The notes under the pieces were generated by a model. The model was not told the origin of the DNA. It saw only the letters and a program-made list of their open reading frames with translations, and did no database searches. Shown here piece by piece: positions 7,649 to 16,434 of a DNA stretch of 64,000 bases (the stretch's first letter is position 1; the number at the start of each line of letters is the position of its first letter). Source of the stretch: Phycisphaerales bacterium (GTDB lineage Bacteria > Planctomycetota > Phycisphaerae > Phycisphaerales > UBA1924); NCBI GenBank assembly GCA_038260025.1, contig JBBSOF010000012.1:7603-71602 (forward strand). The letters run 5' to 3'. A program made the translations under genes and the position numbers.

Positions 7649-9966
7649 CAGGGGAGTTCGAGCGTGGCGCGGACGCCGACGGGCAGATTTTCCAGGCGGA
7701 TGTCGCCGTCGCAGGCGCGGGCCAGACGGCGAGCGCGGGTGAGGCCTAGGCCCTTGCCGCGGCCGGCGCCGCGCTCGCTGAAGAATGGATCAAACGCATG
7801 CGTGCGGGCCTTGTCGCTCAGGCCGGGGCCGTTGTCCTGCACTTCGAGCACCATCACGCGGCCCAGGGTGCGGGCGGTCAGGGAGATCGGCCCATTGGGG
7901 CACGCCTCGAGGGCATTGCAAATCAGTTCGGTCAGGGCCGCGGTGGTCGCGTCGGGGTCAAGGTGTGCATCGGTGGCATCGACCTGCACGCTGATGGCGG
8001 TGGCGTTGCCGCTGAGGCGCGATCGCGCGGCCGCGATGGCGGCGCTGATCAGGTCGCCAATGTTCACTGCACGCGGCCGCAGCGTGGGGACTTCCGAGAG
8101 CAGGTGCAGGCTGGAGATGAGGCTGCTGAGGTCGCTGGCGGCGCTGGCGATGGCCTCGGCTGCCGCGCGGTCACGCTCGTTCTCGAGGCGGGAGAGCAGG
8201 AGTTGGCCATGCCCGGCGATGACGGTGAGCGGGTTGTTCATCTCGTGCGCTGCGCCAGCGGTGGTCTCGCCCAGGCGGGCCATGGATTCCTTTTCGGCGA
8301 GCAGCGCCTGCATCTCGGCCACGGCGCGGTTGCTTTCAACGAGTTGATCGTGCAGGCGGCGGCAGCCCTCCCGCTCCGCGGCAGCCGACAACGCGAAGCC
8401 CCACGTGGCGGTCACGGCGCGGAGAGCCTTGGGCGCGAGCCCCTCGCCCATGTCGCGGTCGTTGATCATCACGGCTGCGAGCTGGCCTTCGCGCTGGTTG
8501 GGCACGGTGGGCATGGGCAGCGGCATGAGGCGCAGTCGCCGCAGGTCCGGGCCGTTGACGAGGTGGTCGCTGAGCCAGGGCAGCAACCCCAGCACCGAGA
8601 CATTCAGCTGGGTTGCGGACGTCAGCGATGCGAGCGTGGCTCCGCCGACGCGCGCGGGTGGAGCCTCCATGATCTGTGCCTCGATGGGCAGGCCGTCGGG
8701 CCCCAGTTGCACGATGCGCCAGGGCTCATCGGGGCTGGTCTGCACCAGCACGGCATAGAAGCCTTCACCAAAGGCCGACCATGCGGACTGGGCCACGACA
8801 CCCATGGTGTCGGTGATCGTGCGGCGCATCGCGCCCAGCGCGTGGAACTGCTCGACGGCCTCGAGCACGCGGGCCTGTGACTGGCTCTGGTTCGCCCGCT
8901 CCTGCAGGGCCGTGTTGAGGTCGCTCAGTTGGCGGTTGGCGTTGGCGACCGACTCGAGCAGCAGGCTGGGGGGCGTGGTGTCGTCCAGGCCCAGCACTTT
9001 CAAGCGGTCGGCAACGGCGCCGTGCAGGGGCGCGGCAATGAGGGATGGCCCGCCGCTGCGCAGGTTCATTGCCTGCCACAAGGCATCGGCATCGGGCGGC
9101 TGGCCGAAGTCGCCGCTCCACCCAAGGTGCAGGCGGCGGCAGAGCGCCTTGGCGACGGTGATGATGCCGATCAGCGGGCGGTCGGGCGTGTCGGGCAGCA
9201 CGCTATACGCCTGCCCGTGCATCCACACAACATGCTGGATGGAGTGGGGCAGGCCCCAGTGCTCGGCGACGCGCCGCCCCGCGCTGTGGTGGTCCAGCCC
9301 CAGCACCGCGCGCTCGACAGCTGCGCTGTCGCACGCCCGCCGCTGCGCCACCTCCAGCACGCGCTGGTAGCTGCGGGGCAGGACCAGGTCGAGAACCAGT
9401 TTGCCAACGTCGTGCAGCAGGCCGGCGAGGAACGCTTCCTCGGGCAGCACCCGCAGCTTGGGGTTGTGCTGGGCCGTGAGTTCTGCCGCGCATGCCACGG
9501 CGATGGAGTGCTTCCAGAAACCGTGGCGGTCGAAAATCGGCTTGGCGGCGTCGTCTGCGCCTTCAGCTGTGGCGACGGCGGCGTCGAGCTGCTGACGCGC
9601 CTCATCATCCTCTCGGGTCATCAGGTCGTACACGCTCACGCTCAGGGCCGCGGACCGCACGGCCTCGATCCCCAGCATGAGCACGGCGCGCTTGACGGTG
9701 GTGATGCGGTCGCCCAGGCCGCGGTCGGCCTTACGGCACAGCCCCAGGATCCGTGCCGACAGCGCGGGGTCGCTCTCGATGATCTTGACCACATCGCCGA
9801 TCAGCACCTCGTCGATGGTGCCGATCGAGAGCAGCCTCGCGGCCACCGGCGACAGCGTGGGGAGCGTGCGGACCCGCTCCAGGATGAGCTCAACCTGGCG
9901 CGCCCTCGCATCCGCCGCGGACGATGCCGCGGGGCTTCCGGGAGGTGTTGCCGCCTTGTCTGGCAT
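7624..9966 (-). CDS. HDOD domain-containing sensor histidine kinase
   Basis: N-terminal HDOD-like region (LPTLSPVAARLLSI...VKIIESDPALSARILGLCRKA...LLHDVGKLVL). C-terminal HisKA H-box AAHEMNNPLTVI and HATPase_c motifs (DNGPGL, GKGLGL). Confidence 0.85.
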   Translation of the reverse strand: MPDKAATPPGSPAASSAADARARQVELILERVRTLPTLSPVAARLLSIGTIDEVLIGDVVKIIESDPALSARILGLCRKADRGLGDRITTVKRAVLMLGIEAVRSAALSVSVYDLMTREDDEARQQLDAAVATAEGADDAAKPIFDRHGFWKHSIAVACAAELTAQHNPKLRVLPEEAFLAGLLHDVGKLVLDLVLPRSYQRVLEVAQRRACDSAAVERAVLGLDHHSAGRRVAEHWGLPHSIQHVVWMHGQAYSVLPDTPDRPLIGIITVAKALCRRLHLGWSGDFGQPPDADALWQAMNLRSGGPSLIAAPLHGAVADRLKVLGLDDTTPPSLLLESVANANRQLSDLNTALQERANQSQSQARVLEAVEQFHALGAMRRTITDTMGVVAQSAWSAFGEGFYAVLVQTSPDEPWRIVQLGPDGLPIEAQIMEAPPARVGGATLASLTSATQLNVSVLGLLPWLSDHLVNGPDLRRLRLMPLPMPTVPNQREGQLAAVMINDRDMGEGLAPKALRAVTATWGFALSAAAEREGCRRLHDQLVESNRAVAEMQALLAEKESMARLGETTAGAAHEMNNPLTVIAGHGQLLLSRLENERDRAAAEAIASAASDLSSLISSLHLLSEVPTLRPRAVNIGDLISAAIAAARSRLSGNATAISVQVDATDAHLDPDATTAALTELICNALEACPNGPISLTARTLGRVMVLEVQDNGPGLSDKARTHAFDPFFSERGAGRGKGLGLTRARRLARACDGDIRLENLPVGVRATLELPCAEQVARP

Positions 9967-10008
9967 TGGTGCTGCGTTCCCCGCGTGCGACTGCCCGGTG
10001 GCACGCGC

Positions 10009-10623
10009 TTACCGGTCCTCCGTGGCGCTCAGTTCCAGAAGCCTGCTGATCTCTCCCATGAGTTCGGGCACCTGGAAGGGCTTCTTGAGGAAGGCATCAG
10101 CCCCGGCCTGGCGGAGCTGCTCCACCTCGTCCCTATTGACGACACCGCTTATGCAAAGCACCTTGGTGTCGCGCATGTTCGGGTTCTCGCGCAGACGGGT
10201 ACACACGATGGTGCCGTTAATATCGGGCAGCAGATAATCAAGGATGATGAGCTGGGGCTTGAAGGATTCCGTCAGCAGGCCCGCGTCGTAGCCGTTAGTG
10301 GCGGTGCGGACCTCGAAGCGGCCATCGCGCCCGAGCAGGTCGTTATACACCTCAAGGATGCGCGTGTCATCGTCAACCAGCAGGACGCGCTTGCGGGCGC
10401 TGCCCAGGGCATCGAGAGGGATGTTGTTGGCCCGCATGAAGCGCACCAGCTCCTCACGCGGGATGCGGCGGAACTTGCTGCCCGGCACGCGGAAGCCCGT
10501 CAGACGGCCGGAGTCAAAGCAGCGGATGATCGTCTGCTGGCTGACCTTGCACACTGCCGCGGCTTCACCGGTGGTGAAGATGCGCTTCGTCGAGAGTTCT
10601 TCGTTCACCGGTTCCGTGGACAT
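10009..10623 (-). CDS. response regulator with N-terminal excisionase/MerR-type HTH and C-terminal receiver domain
   Basis: FTTGEAAAVCKVSQQTIIRCFDSGRLTGFRVPGSKFRRIPREEL (HTH_17-like), then a REC domain (VLLVDDD, IILDYLLPD, LKKP). Start set at MSTEPV, which has an AGGGG SD. Confidence 0.85.
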   Translation of the reverse strand: MSTEPVNEELSTKRIFTTGEAAAVCKVSQQTIIRCFDSGRLTGFRVPGSKFRRIPREELVRFMRANNIPLDALGSARKRVLLVDDDTRILEVYNDLLGRDGRFEVRTATNGYDAGLLTESFKPQLIILDYLLPDINGTIVCTRLRENPNMRDTKVLCISGVVNRDEVEQLRQAGADAFLKKPFQVPELMGEISRLLELSATEDR

Positions 10624-11198
10624 GACGTTGCCCCTCATGCACGCGTCCTCCTGGTTCAGCGTTCCGGGCCAGACACAGCCCAGAATGCCCGCGTGTCACA
10701 ACCGTCTATCGAGCCCCACTTTCTCCAACTTCACGACCGCGCCGGACGACGAGTCCGGAAACACACGCCCTGTCCAACCCTTTCGCCCCACACGGCGCAG
10801 CCCATCCCACGCTGCCGCACCCCGGGCTGAAAAGGGGTGTGTGACGCGGGCGGTTACTGGACGTGGAACGCGTGGCCGCCCAGCGCCGGCAGCATGTGAA
10901 AGGGTGTTCGAGCGTGGCAAGGGCGTATGGGAAGTTGCAAGCGGGAGCCCTGCCGGCACCCCCGGCAGTCATCAGTCACGGCGTGGAAAACACGCACACG
11001 CACGTGACCGTCCCTTCCTATTCACCCCGAATCGTTTCGCGGTTCCCTCGTTGGGGGTTATACCGGGTAACGTGGGTCCTATAGAGAAGGGCGCATCAGT
11101 GTGCCGCATGGGGGTGGAACCTCGGGGGCGTGACATGCGAACAATCCCAACTTCTGTCCCAGGCCTTTGTTCCTTTGAACCCCCGATGGAGATTGCCC

Positions 11199-12074
11199 AT
11201 GCGTACCCCGCTTCTTCTTGCCACGATTGCCCTTGCAACGTCCACCGCGATGGCGCAGGTGCAGCTGTATGACAACGGCACGTTCGTGACGGCAATGGGC
11301 GTTGGCGCGAATGGCGCGGACGTCGCGGTGACTCAGACGGGCATCGTGACCTCGCTTGGCAACGGCTTCGATGTGGCCCCGCCCAACGGTCCCATCAAGA
11401 TCGCGGACAACTTCACGGTCCCCGCGGACGGGTGGGATCTCTCGAGCATGAACTGGTACGAGGTGCAGAGCCAGTCGAGCGCCAACCTCTACACCGACTT
11501 CCGTTTCCGCGGGGCCTACGTCGAGGTGTACCTGGGCAACCCGCACTTTGGCGGCACGCTGGTGGCGGGCGACATGACCACCAACCGCCTGACCGGTGGC
11601 GCGTGGAGCGGGGCTTACCGCGTCAGCTCCAGCGCACAGACCAATCAGCAACGGCCGATCTTCCGGCTCGACATCGACATGTCATGGTGCCCGGTGCTGC
11701 CCGAGGGTGAGTACTGGGTCGCCGTGTCGGCCTCGGGCGATGCTTCGACGACGGGCGCGGTTGGCAGCGTGCCCATCCCCCAGCAGGCGGGCCACAACGC
11801 CGAGCAGTTCTTCAACCAGAACTGGATCAGCGTGCCCATCGACTTCCCCTTCCGCCTGTTTGGCGATGTGGCAACCACGTGCGGCACGCCAGACTTTGAC
11901 GGCGACGGCGACGTCGGGACCGATGCCGACATCGAGGCCTTCTTCGCCTGCCTGGGCGGCAACTGCTGCGCCACCTGCTTCAGCGGCGGCGCCGACTTCG
12001 ATGGCGACGGCGATGTGGGCACCGATGCGGATATCGAGGCGTTCTTCCGCATTCTTGCGGGGGGGGCGTGCTGA
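11199..12074 (+). CDS. secreted protein with C-terminal tandem GC-type dockerin-like module
   Basis: Signal peptide MRTPLLLATIALATSTAMAQ and GGAG SD. The C-terminus is CGTPDFDGDGDVGTDADIEAFFACLGGNCCATCFSGGADFDGDGDVGTDADIEAFFRILAGGAC-stop. Confidence 0.7.
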   Translation: MRTPLLLATIALATSTAMAQVQLYDNGTFVTAMGVGANGADVAVTQTGIVTSLGNGFDVAPPNGPIKIADNFTVPADGWDLSSMNWYEVQSQSSANLYTDFRFRGAYVEVYLGNPHFGGTLVAGDMTTNRLTGGAWSGAYRVSSSAQTNQQRPIFRLDIDMSWCPVLPEGEYWVAVSASGDASTTGAVGSVPIPQQAGHNAEQFFNQNWISVPIDFPFRLFGDVATTCGTPDFDGDGDVGTDADIEAFFACLGGNCCATCFSGGADFDGDGDVGTDADIEAFFRILAGGAC

Positions 12075-12080
12075 AAGGCA

Positions 12081-12293
12081 TCACCCTAGCACAAATGACC
12101 GCTCATTCCACAGCTTGTCAAACCGCTCGGACAGCCCAGCCCTTTCCGGCAGGTGCTGTGCGCACGCGATGAGCAGGTCCACAAGCCCTTCGTAGTCGCT
12201 GACGGCAATGAACGCGCGCCCATTCGTTGCGACAATTGGCGCGGCCAAATGTGGGTTGAACTGCTCACACATGCTGTGGCTGTCGGCGACCAC
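12081..12293 (-). pseudogene. 3'-terminal remnant of an M42-like peptidase paralog
   Basis: Encodes ..RAFIAVSDYEGLVDLLIACAQHLPERAGLSERFDKLWNERSFVLG, nearly identical to the C-terminus of the 13603..14787 gene. 113 nt (12106-12218) match 13628-13740 with 3 mismatches. No upstream catalytic part is present. Confidence 0.7.
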
Positions 12294-12364
12294 CTTATTA
12301 AGGCAGTGTCATCCAAACCCATTGTGTGCTGGCAAGCGGGGAGGATAATCAATATCCAACTAGG

Positions 12365-12392
12365 TTGACATGTGGGCAGATTCGAGTAGATT
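12365..12392 (+). promoter_or_regulatory. candidate sigma70-type promoter for 12435 gene
   Basis: TTGACA (12365-12370), 16-nt spacer, TAGATT (12387-12392), in an AT-rich stretch ~45 nt upstream of the ATG. Consensus match only. Confidence 0.3.
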
Positions 12393-12434
12393 CTAGACGG
12401 TTGTGGGCGTGTTGCATCATCGAAAGGTTGAAGC

Positions 12435-13124
12435 ATGCGAGCGTTGTGGGTGATGATCGCGTCGGCGGGGTGCTCCGCAGTTGCCGCGGCGGGACCGGTG
12501 TTCTTTGATGACTTTGACGGTGATGCCTTGCTGCCTCACTGGGTGCAGCCTCCTGCCACCAACTGGGACTATCAGGTGGCCAACGGCCGACTAACCGTTT
12601 CGCGCTTACGGTACCCTTCCAGCCCCAAATCGACGGGCAACTACACTGGTATTGGCGCGGGCTTTGCCCAACAGAACGGCGACTTCCGCATGGACGCATG
12701 GGTCGGGTGGGAGGTGGGTCAAAGTCCGCACCGTCTGGACGTTTCGGTGCTCACGGCCTCCCCGCCGTCAGGATTCCTCGCGACCTTTTCTTATAATTCG
12801 GGATCTCTCGTTTTCGGCGTGAACGGAGGCGCTGCGCGAACCATTCCCGCCCCGGTCGCGGGCATCCACCAAATTACGATTGGTCGCGAGGGATCAAGCT
12901 TCTACTTTGGGCTTGACGGTGTTCATGTGGGAACCTTCGCGGACCCCTTCCAAGCCCCTGCGGGAGGAATCTATTTCTTTTTTGTCGGGCCTTACCCTGG
13001 AACACTGGCGCCGCTGACCGTGGATCGAGTGCAGGTCGTGCCGGTACCCAACGCTCTTCTGTTCGCGGGTGCTTCGGGCTGTTTATTGACCTTTCGGCGG
13101 AGGTGCATTACCTCGGCCTCGTAG
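12435..13124 (+). CDS. PEP-CTERM-tailed secreted protein (lectin/LamG-like fold suspected)
   Basis: Signal peptide MRALWVMIASAGCSAVAAAG. C-terminus VPVPNALLFAGASGCLLTFRRR shows the PEP-CTERM-like pattern (P-rich motif, TM, Arg cluster). Lower GC than its neighbours. Confidence 0.65.
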   Translation: MRALWVMIASAGCSAVAAAGPVFFDDFDGDALLPHWVQPPATNWDYQVANGRLTVSRLRYPSSPKSTGNYTGIGAGFAQQNGDFRMDAWVGWEVGQSPHRLDVSVLTASPPSGFLATFSYNSGSLVFGVNGGAARTIPAPVAGIHQITIGREGSSFYFGLDGVHVGTFADPFQAPAGGIYFFFVGPYPGTLAPLTVDRVQVVPVPNALLFAGASGCLLTFRRRCITSAS

Positions 13125-13152
13125 ACGACACGCTATGGAAGGAGCAACTCCA

Positions 13153-13520
13153 ATGAACATTGTGAAAACATATCTTGGGCTTTTCGCGGCATGCACCCGG
13201 CGCTGGCCCAGCAAGGTGCGTGGCAAACGCCCATCGCCATAAGTCTTGGCAACCAGCCGGTTACCGCCGTTCACATGATGCACGTGTACAACGGCGTCGA
13301 GGGCAAGGTGCTGATCATCCCGACCCAGACCGCCGCAGCGCAGAACTGCCCTGGTGGGATGGACCTGGCATCCGACTTTGCAACACTCTGGACGCCACCC
13401 GCTGCCACGGCCATACCTGGGAGCCCGGGTACTTTTGTTTCCGTCCCCCATTGCCGGACGTACATGTTCTGCGAGGGGCACTGTGCCCTCGCCGATGGCC
13501 GTGTCCTCACCGCACGGGTT
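13153..13520 (+). pseudogene. frameshifted, truncated glyoxal/galactose oxidase-like N-terminal fragment
   Basis: ATG at 13153 with an SD gives signal-like MNIVKTYLGLFAA, then stops at 13242. The +1 frame from 13191 continues HPALAQQGAWQTP..AVHMMHV..GKVLII..LWTP..MFCEGHCALADGRVLTA, resembling the Glyoxal_oxid_N pattern. Similarity is lost ~90 nt before the peptidase stop. Confidence 0.5.
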
Positions 13521-13602
13521 TCAGCGCGTGTGCTGTCGGGCATCCAGGGGTTACGCACCCGAGCCTTCGCCGCGGCGGCTCCGTCTCGGCTTCGCAAGAG
13601 CG

Positions 13603-14787
13603 TTAGTGGAGAACGAACGAGCGGTCGTTCCACAGCTTCTCAAACCGCTCGGACAGCCCAGCCCTCTCCGGCAGGTGCTGTGCGCACGCGATGAGCAGGT
13701 CCACAAGCCCTTCGTAGTCGCTGACGGCAATGAACTCGCGTCCCACGCGCGGGGGCGAGGTGTTGGTCCCGGCCTGCACTGCCGCGAGGTCGGCCATGTT
13801 GTGGTAGTTGCCCAGAGGCAGGCACACGCAGGTTGCCTCCAGCCCCGCGTTGAAGAACACCGACGCCTCGCACGCGCCGCCCGCCATCAGCTTGCGCTGC
13901 CACTTCCACGCCGGTAGATCCGCCTGCTTCTGCGATGCGTGGGGCGTGGCTGGGCCGCCGGCGATCTCTTCCGCGCGCTTGGCGATCGCGTCGGTCAGCG
14001 TGGGCGAGAACACGCTGATGCGGTCACCCACCCGCACGATCGGCCCGCCGCCGATGGGAGACTCGGGAAAACTGCGGCTGTTCTCCAGTGCAATCACGCG
14101 GGAAGCCTTGGGGATGGTGGCGAGGCGCACGGCCGCGATGGCGCCGATGAACCCGATCTCTTCCGCCCGCGTGAACAGCAGGGATGCGTTCGCGGAGGGG
14201 TCCGCGATGATGGCGTCCATTGCGGCGAGCGCCGCGGCTGCCGCGGCAAGGTCATCGCACGCCTGCGTGTGCACGATGCCATCGATCACTTCCGCCGGCG
14301 CAAACTCCCACACACCCACATCGCCCACGCGCAGGTCTGCCGCGCTTTCAAGCTCCGCCTGGTAGTGCTTGAACGGCTCGGTCTGGCCGGTGGGGCCCGT
14401 CAGCCGCGCGCTGTGGCGGCCATCTTCGGCATCCACCAGCGTGATGCGGGCGTCCTTGAAGTAGTCATCCATCACGCCGCCGCGGAAAGAGAGCTCAACG
14501 ACGGTGGGGGCGATGATGCGCTCGACGACAAACGCGGGGTGGTCGAGGTGCGCGGTAAAATAAACCGGACGGTCACCGGTTGGGCGTCCTTTCAGCGCCA
14601 CGACCAGGTTGCCCGCGGCGTCCGCCTTCATCTCCAGCGACGGCCGCGCGGCAACCCAGTCCGTGATCCAGCGGATGACGCGGCCTTCGCGCCCGCTTGC
14701 GGTGGGGGTGGAGGTCAGGTCCAGCAGCCATTGCAGGTGCTGCGCCCGCTGTGTCGAGGAGACTGTGGTGCGCGCCGGAGTATCCAT
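13603..14787 (-). CDS. clan MH (M42/M20-like) metallopeptidase
   Basis: GREGRVIRWITDWV..DAAGNLVVAL..VYFTAHLDHPAFVV..HTQACDDLAAAAA..FTRAEEIGFIGA fit the M42-type aminopeptidase/endoglucanase-like family. The exact family is not certain. Confidence 0.7.
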   Translation of the reverse strand: MDTPARTTVSSTQRAQHLQWLLDLTSTPTASGREGRVIRWITDWVAARPSLEMKADAAGNLVVALKGRPTGDRPVYFTAHLDHPAFVVERIIAPTVVELSFRGGVMDDYFKDARITLVDAEDGRHSARLTGPTGQTEPFKHYQAELESAADLRVGDVGVWEFAPAEVIDGIVHTQACDDLAAAAAALAAMDAIIADPSANASLLFTRAEEIGFIGAIAAVRLATIPKASRVIALENSRSFPESPIGGGPIVRVGDRISVFSPTLTDAIAKRAEEIAGGPATPHASQKQADLPAWKWQRKLMAGGACEASVFFNAGLEATCVCLPLGNYHNMADLAAVQAGTNTSPPRVGREFIAVSDYEGLVDLLIACAQHLPERAGLSERFEKLWNDRSFVLH

Positions 14788-14811
14788 AATGCGATGCTAT
14801 CCTCCCCCCGC

Positions 14812-16314
14812 ATGAGCGGCCCCGCGACAGCACCCGAACCCCCTGCCGCGATACAGACTCCGATCCGCGAGTTGCTGCGCATTGCCGGCCCGACAGTGGC
14901 GACGATGACGTCGTACACCGTCATGCAGTTCACCGATAAGTGGCTGGTGTCGCGCCTGGGGCCGGAGATGGTGGGGGCGCAGGGCAATGGGGGGCTTGCC
15001 GCGTGGGTGCCCCAGTCGCTGGCGATGGGCGCGTTCACGGTCATCAACACCTACGTGTCGCAGAACATGGGCGCGGGCAGGCCGGAGCGCGGGCCCGCCT
15101 ACGCCTGGAACGGCCTGTATCTGGGCCTGCTGTGGTATTTGCTGCTCCTGCCCTACGCGTTCATGCTTCCGTGGGTGTTCGCCAAGGCGGGGGTGGAGCC
15201 ACACCAGGCCGAGCTTGCCGCGCAGTACGGCTCGATCCTCGTCTTTGGCTCGGTGCTCAACCTCTCGACGCGGGCCATCTCACAGTTTTTCTACGGCATG
15301 CACAAGGCCAGCGTTGTGCTTGTGGCAGGTGTTGCCGCGAACGTCCTGAATATCTTCGTGTCGGCCATCCTGGTGTTTGGTGACGGGCCCACGCCCGACG
15401 GCCTGGGCCTGTTCGGGCGTGTCACCGGCTCTATTGCCTCCACGCTGCACATCGCGCCCCAGGGCATTGCGGGGTCCGCCCACGGCACCGTAATAGCGAC
15501 AGCCCTGGAGCTTGCCATCCCACTCTTCGTTTTTCTTGGCCCCACTCTCAACAAGCGCTACGCGACGAGGGCCGCGTGGCGGCCGTCATGGCTGCACATC
15601 CGTGACATCATCAAGACGGGCTGGGCAGCCGGGCTGATGTTCGGCAACGAGATGATCTGCTGGGGCTACTTCATGGTGCACCTGGTCAGCAGCTTTGGCC
15701 GGGTGCCCGCCTCGGCGGGCTGGATCGCACACCAGTACATGTCGCTGTCGTTCATGCCGGCGGTGGGGATCTCGGTTGCCGCGACGGCCATCGTGGGCAA
15801 GTACATGGGCATGGGCCGCCCGGACATTGCGCAGCGGCGGGCGTGGCTCTCGGTGGCGGTCGCGGGCGCGTACATGGGCACGTGCGCCCTGCTGTTCGTT
15901 ATCTTCCGCGTGCCGATGGTGGAACTCTTTGTTGAAGCCGGCACCCCGCCGCAGGCGGCGGCGGAACTGGTACGCCTGGGCTCGCTCATGATCATTGCCG
16001 CGGCTGCCTTTCAGGTGTTCGACGCGGCCGCGATGGTGCTGTCTGGTGCTTTGCGCGGTGCGGGCGATACGGTGGTGCCGGGCGTGGCAACGGTGGTGGC
16101 GTCGTGGGTGGTGATCGTGGGCGGCGGCACGGCCATGGTGCGGTTTGTGCCGCAACTGGAGTCGATCGGGCCATGGGTGGCTGCCGCGGCGTACATCATT
16201 ATTTTGTGCGCGATCCTGCTGGTGCGGTTTCTGGGCGGGCGGTGGAAGTCGATCAAACTGCTGCATGGCGAGCCAGCGGCGGCGGCCGCGGCGGTGGTGG
16301 ACGGGATTGTCTAG
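14812..16314 (+). CDS. MATE family efflux transporter
   Basis: IRELLRIAGPTVATMTSYTVMQFTDKWLVSRLG is a typical MATE N-terminus, with ~12 hydrophobic segments. The ORF track opens at 13939, but that part is antisense to the peptidase gene. ATG 14812 (or 14794) chosen. Confidence 0.85.
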   Translation: MSGPATAPEPPAAIQTPIRELLRIAGPTVATMTSYTVMQFTDKWLVSRLGPEMVGAQGNGGLAAWVPQSLAMGAFTVINTYVSQNMGAGRPERGPAYAWNGLYLGLLWYLLLLPYAFMLPWVFAKAGVEPHQAELAAQYGSILVFGSVLNLSTRAISQFFYGMHKASVVLVAGVAANVLNIFVSAILVFGDGPTPDGLGLFGRVTGSIASTLHIAPQGIAGSAHGTVIATALELAIPLFVFLGPTLNKRYATRAAWRPSWLHIRDIIKTGWAAGLMFGNEMICWGYFMVHLVSSFGRVPASAGWIAHQYMSLSFMPAVGISVAATAIVGKYMGMGRPDIAQRRAWLSVAVAGAYMGTCALLFVIFRVPMVELFVEAGTPPQAAAELVRLGSLMIIAAAAFQVFDAAAMVLSGALRGAGDTVVPGVATVVASWVVIVGGGTAMVRFVPQLESIGPWVAAAAYIIILCAILLVRFLGGRWKSIKLLHGEPAAAAAAVVDGIV

Positions 16315-16434
16315 GCAGGCGGGTGCTAATGGCAGGGTCGGGCAGCGGACCATGTGGCCCGGCGTGACGGAACACAGACTCGAACCTCCTACGAACGATT
16401 GGGTTACGGGCGTTTGTTTCCCTACTATCCCCCC

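Noticed and set aside
8929-10830. 633-aa plus-strand ORF spanning the kinase / response-regulator region
   Set aside because: It is antisense to two genes with clear domain signatures, it crosses their intergenic gap, and its composition is not protein-like.
13939-14811. N-terminal 291 codons of the 791-aa ORF that contains the MATE gene
   Set aside because: This part is antisense to the peptidase gene and is Arg/Gly-rich. The MATE homology begins only at MSGPATAP.. (14812), so I trimmed the gene.
16361-16400. tRNA-like GGTTCGAGTC T-loop on the minus strand
   Set aside because: The flanking bases do not form a T-stem (only 1 Watson-Crick and 2 G-U of 5 pairs) or an acceptor stem. No cloverleaf can be drawn.
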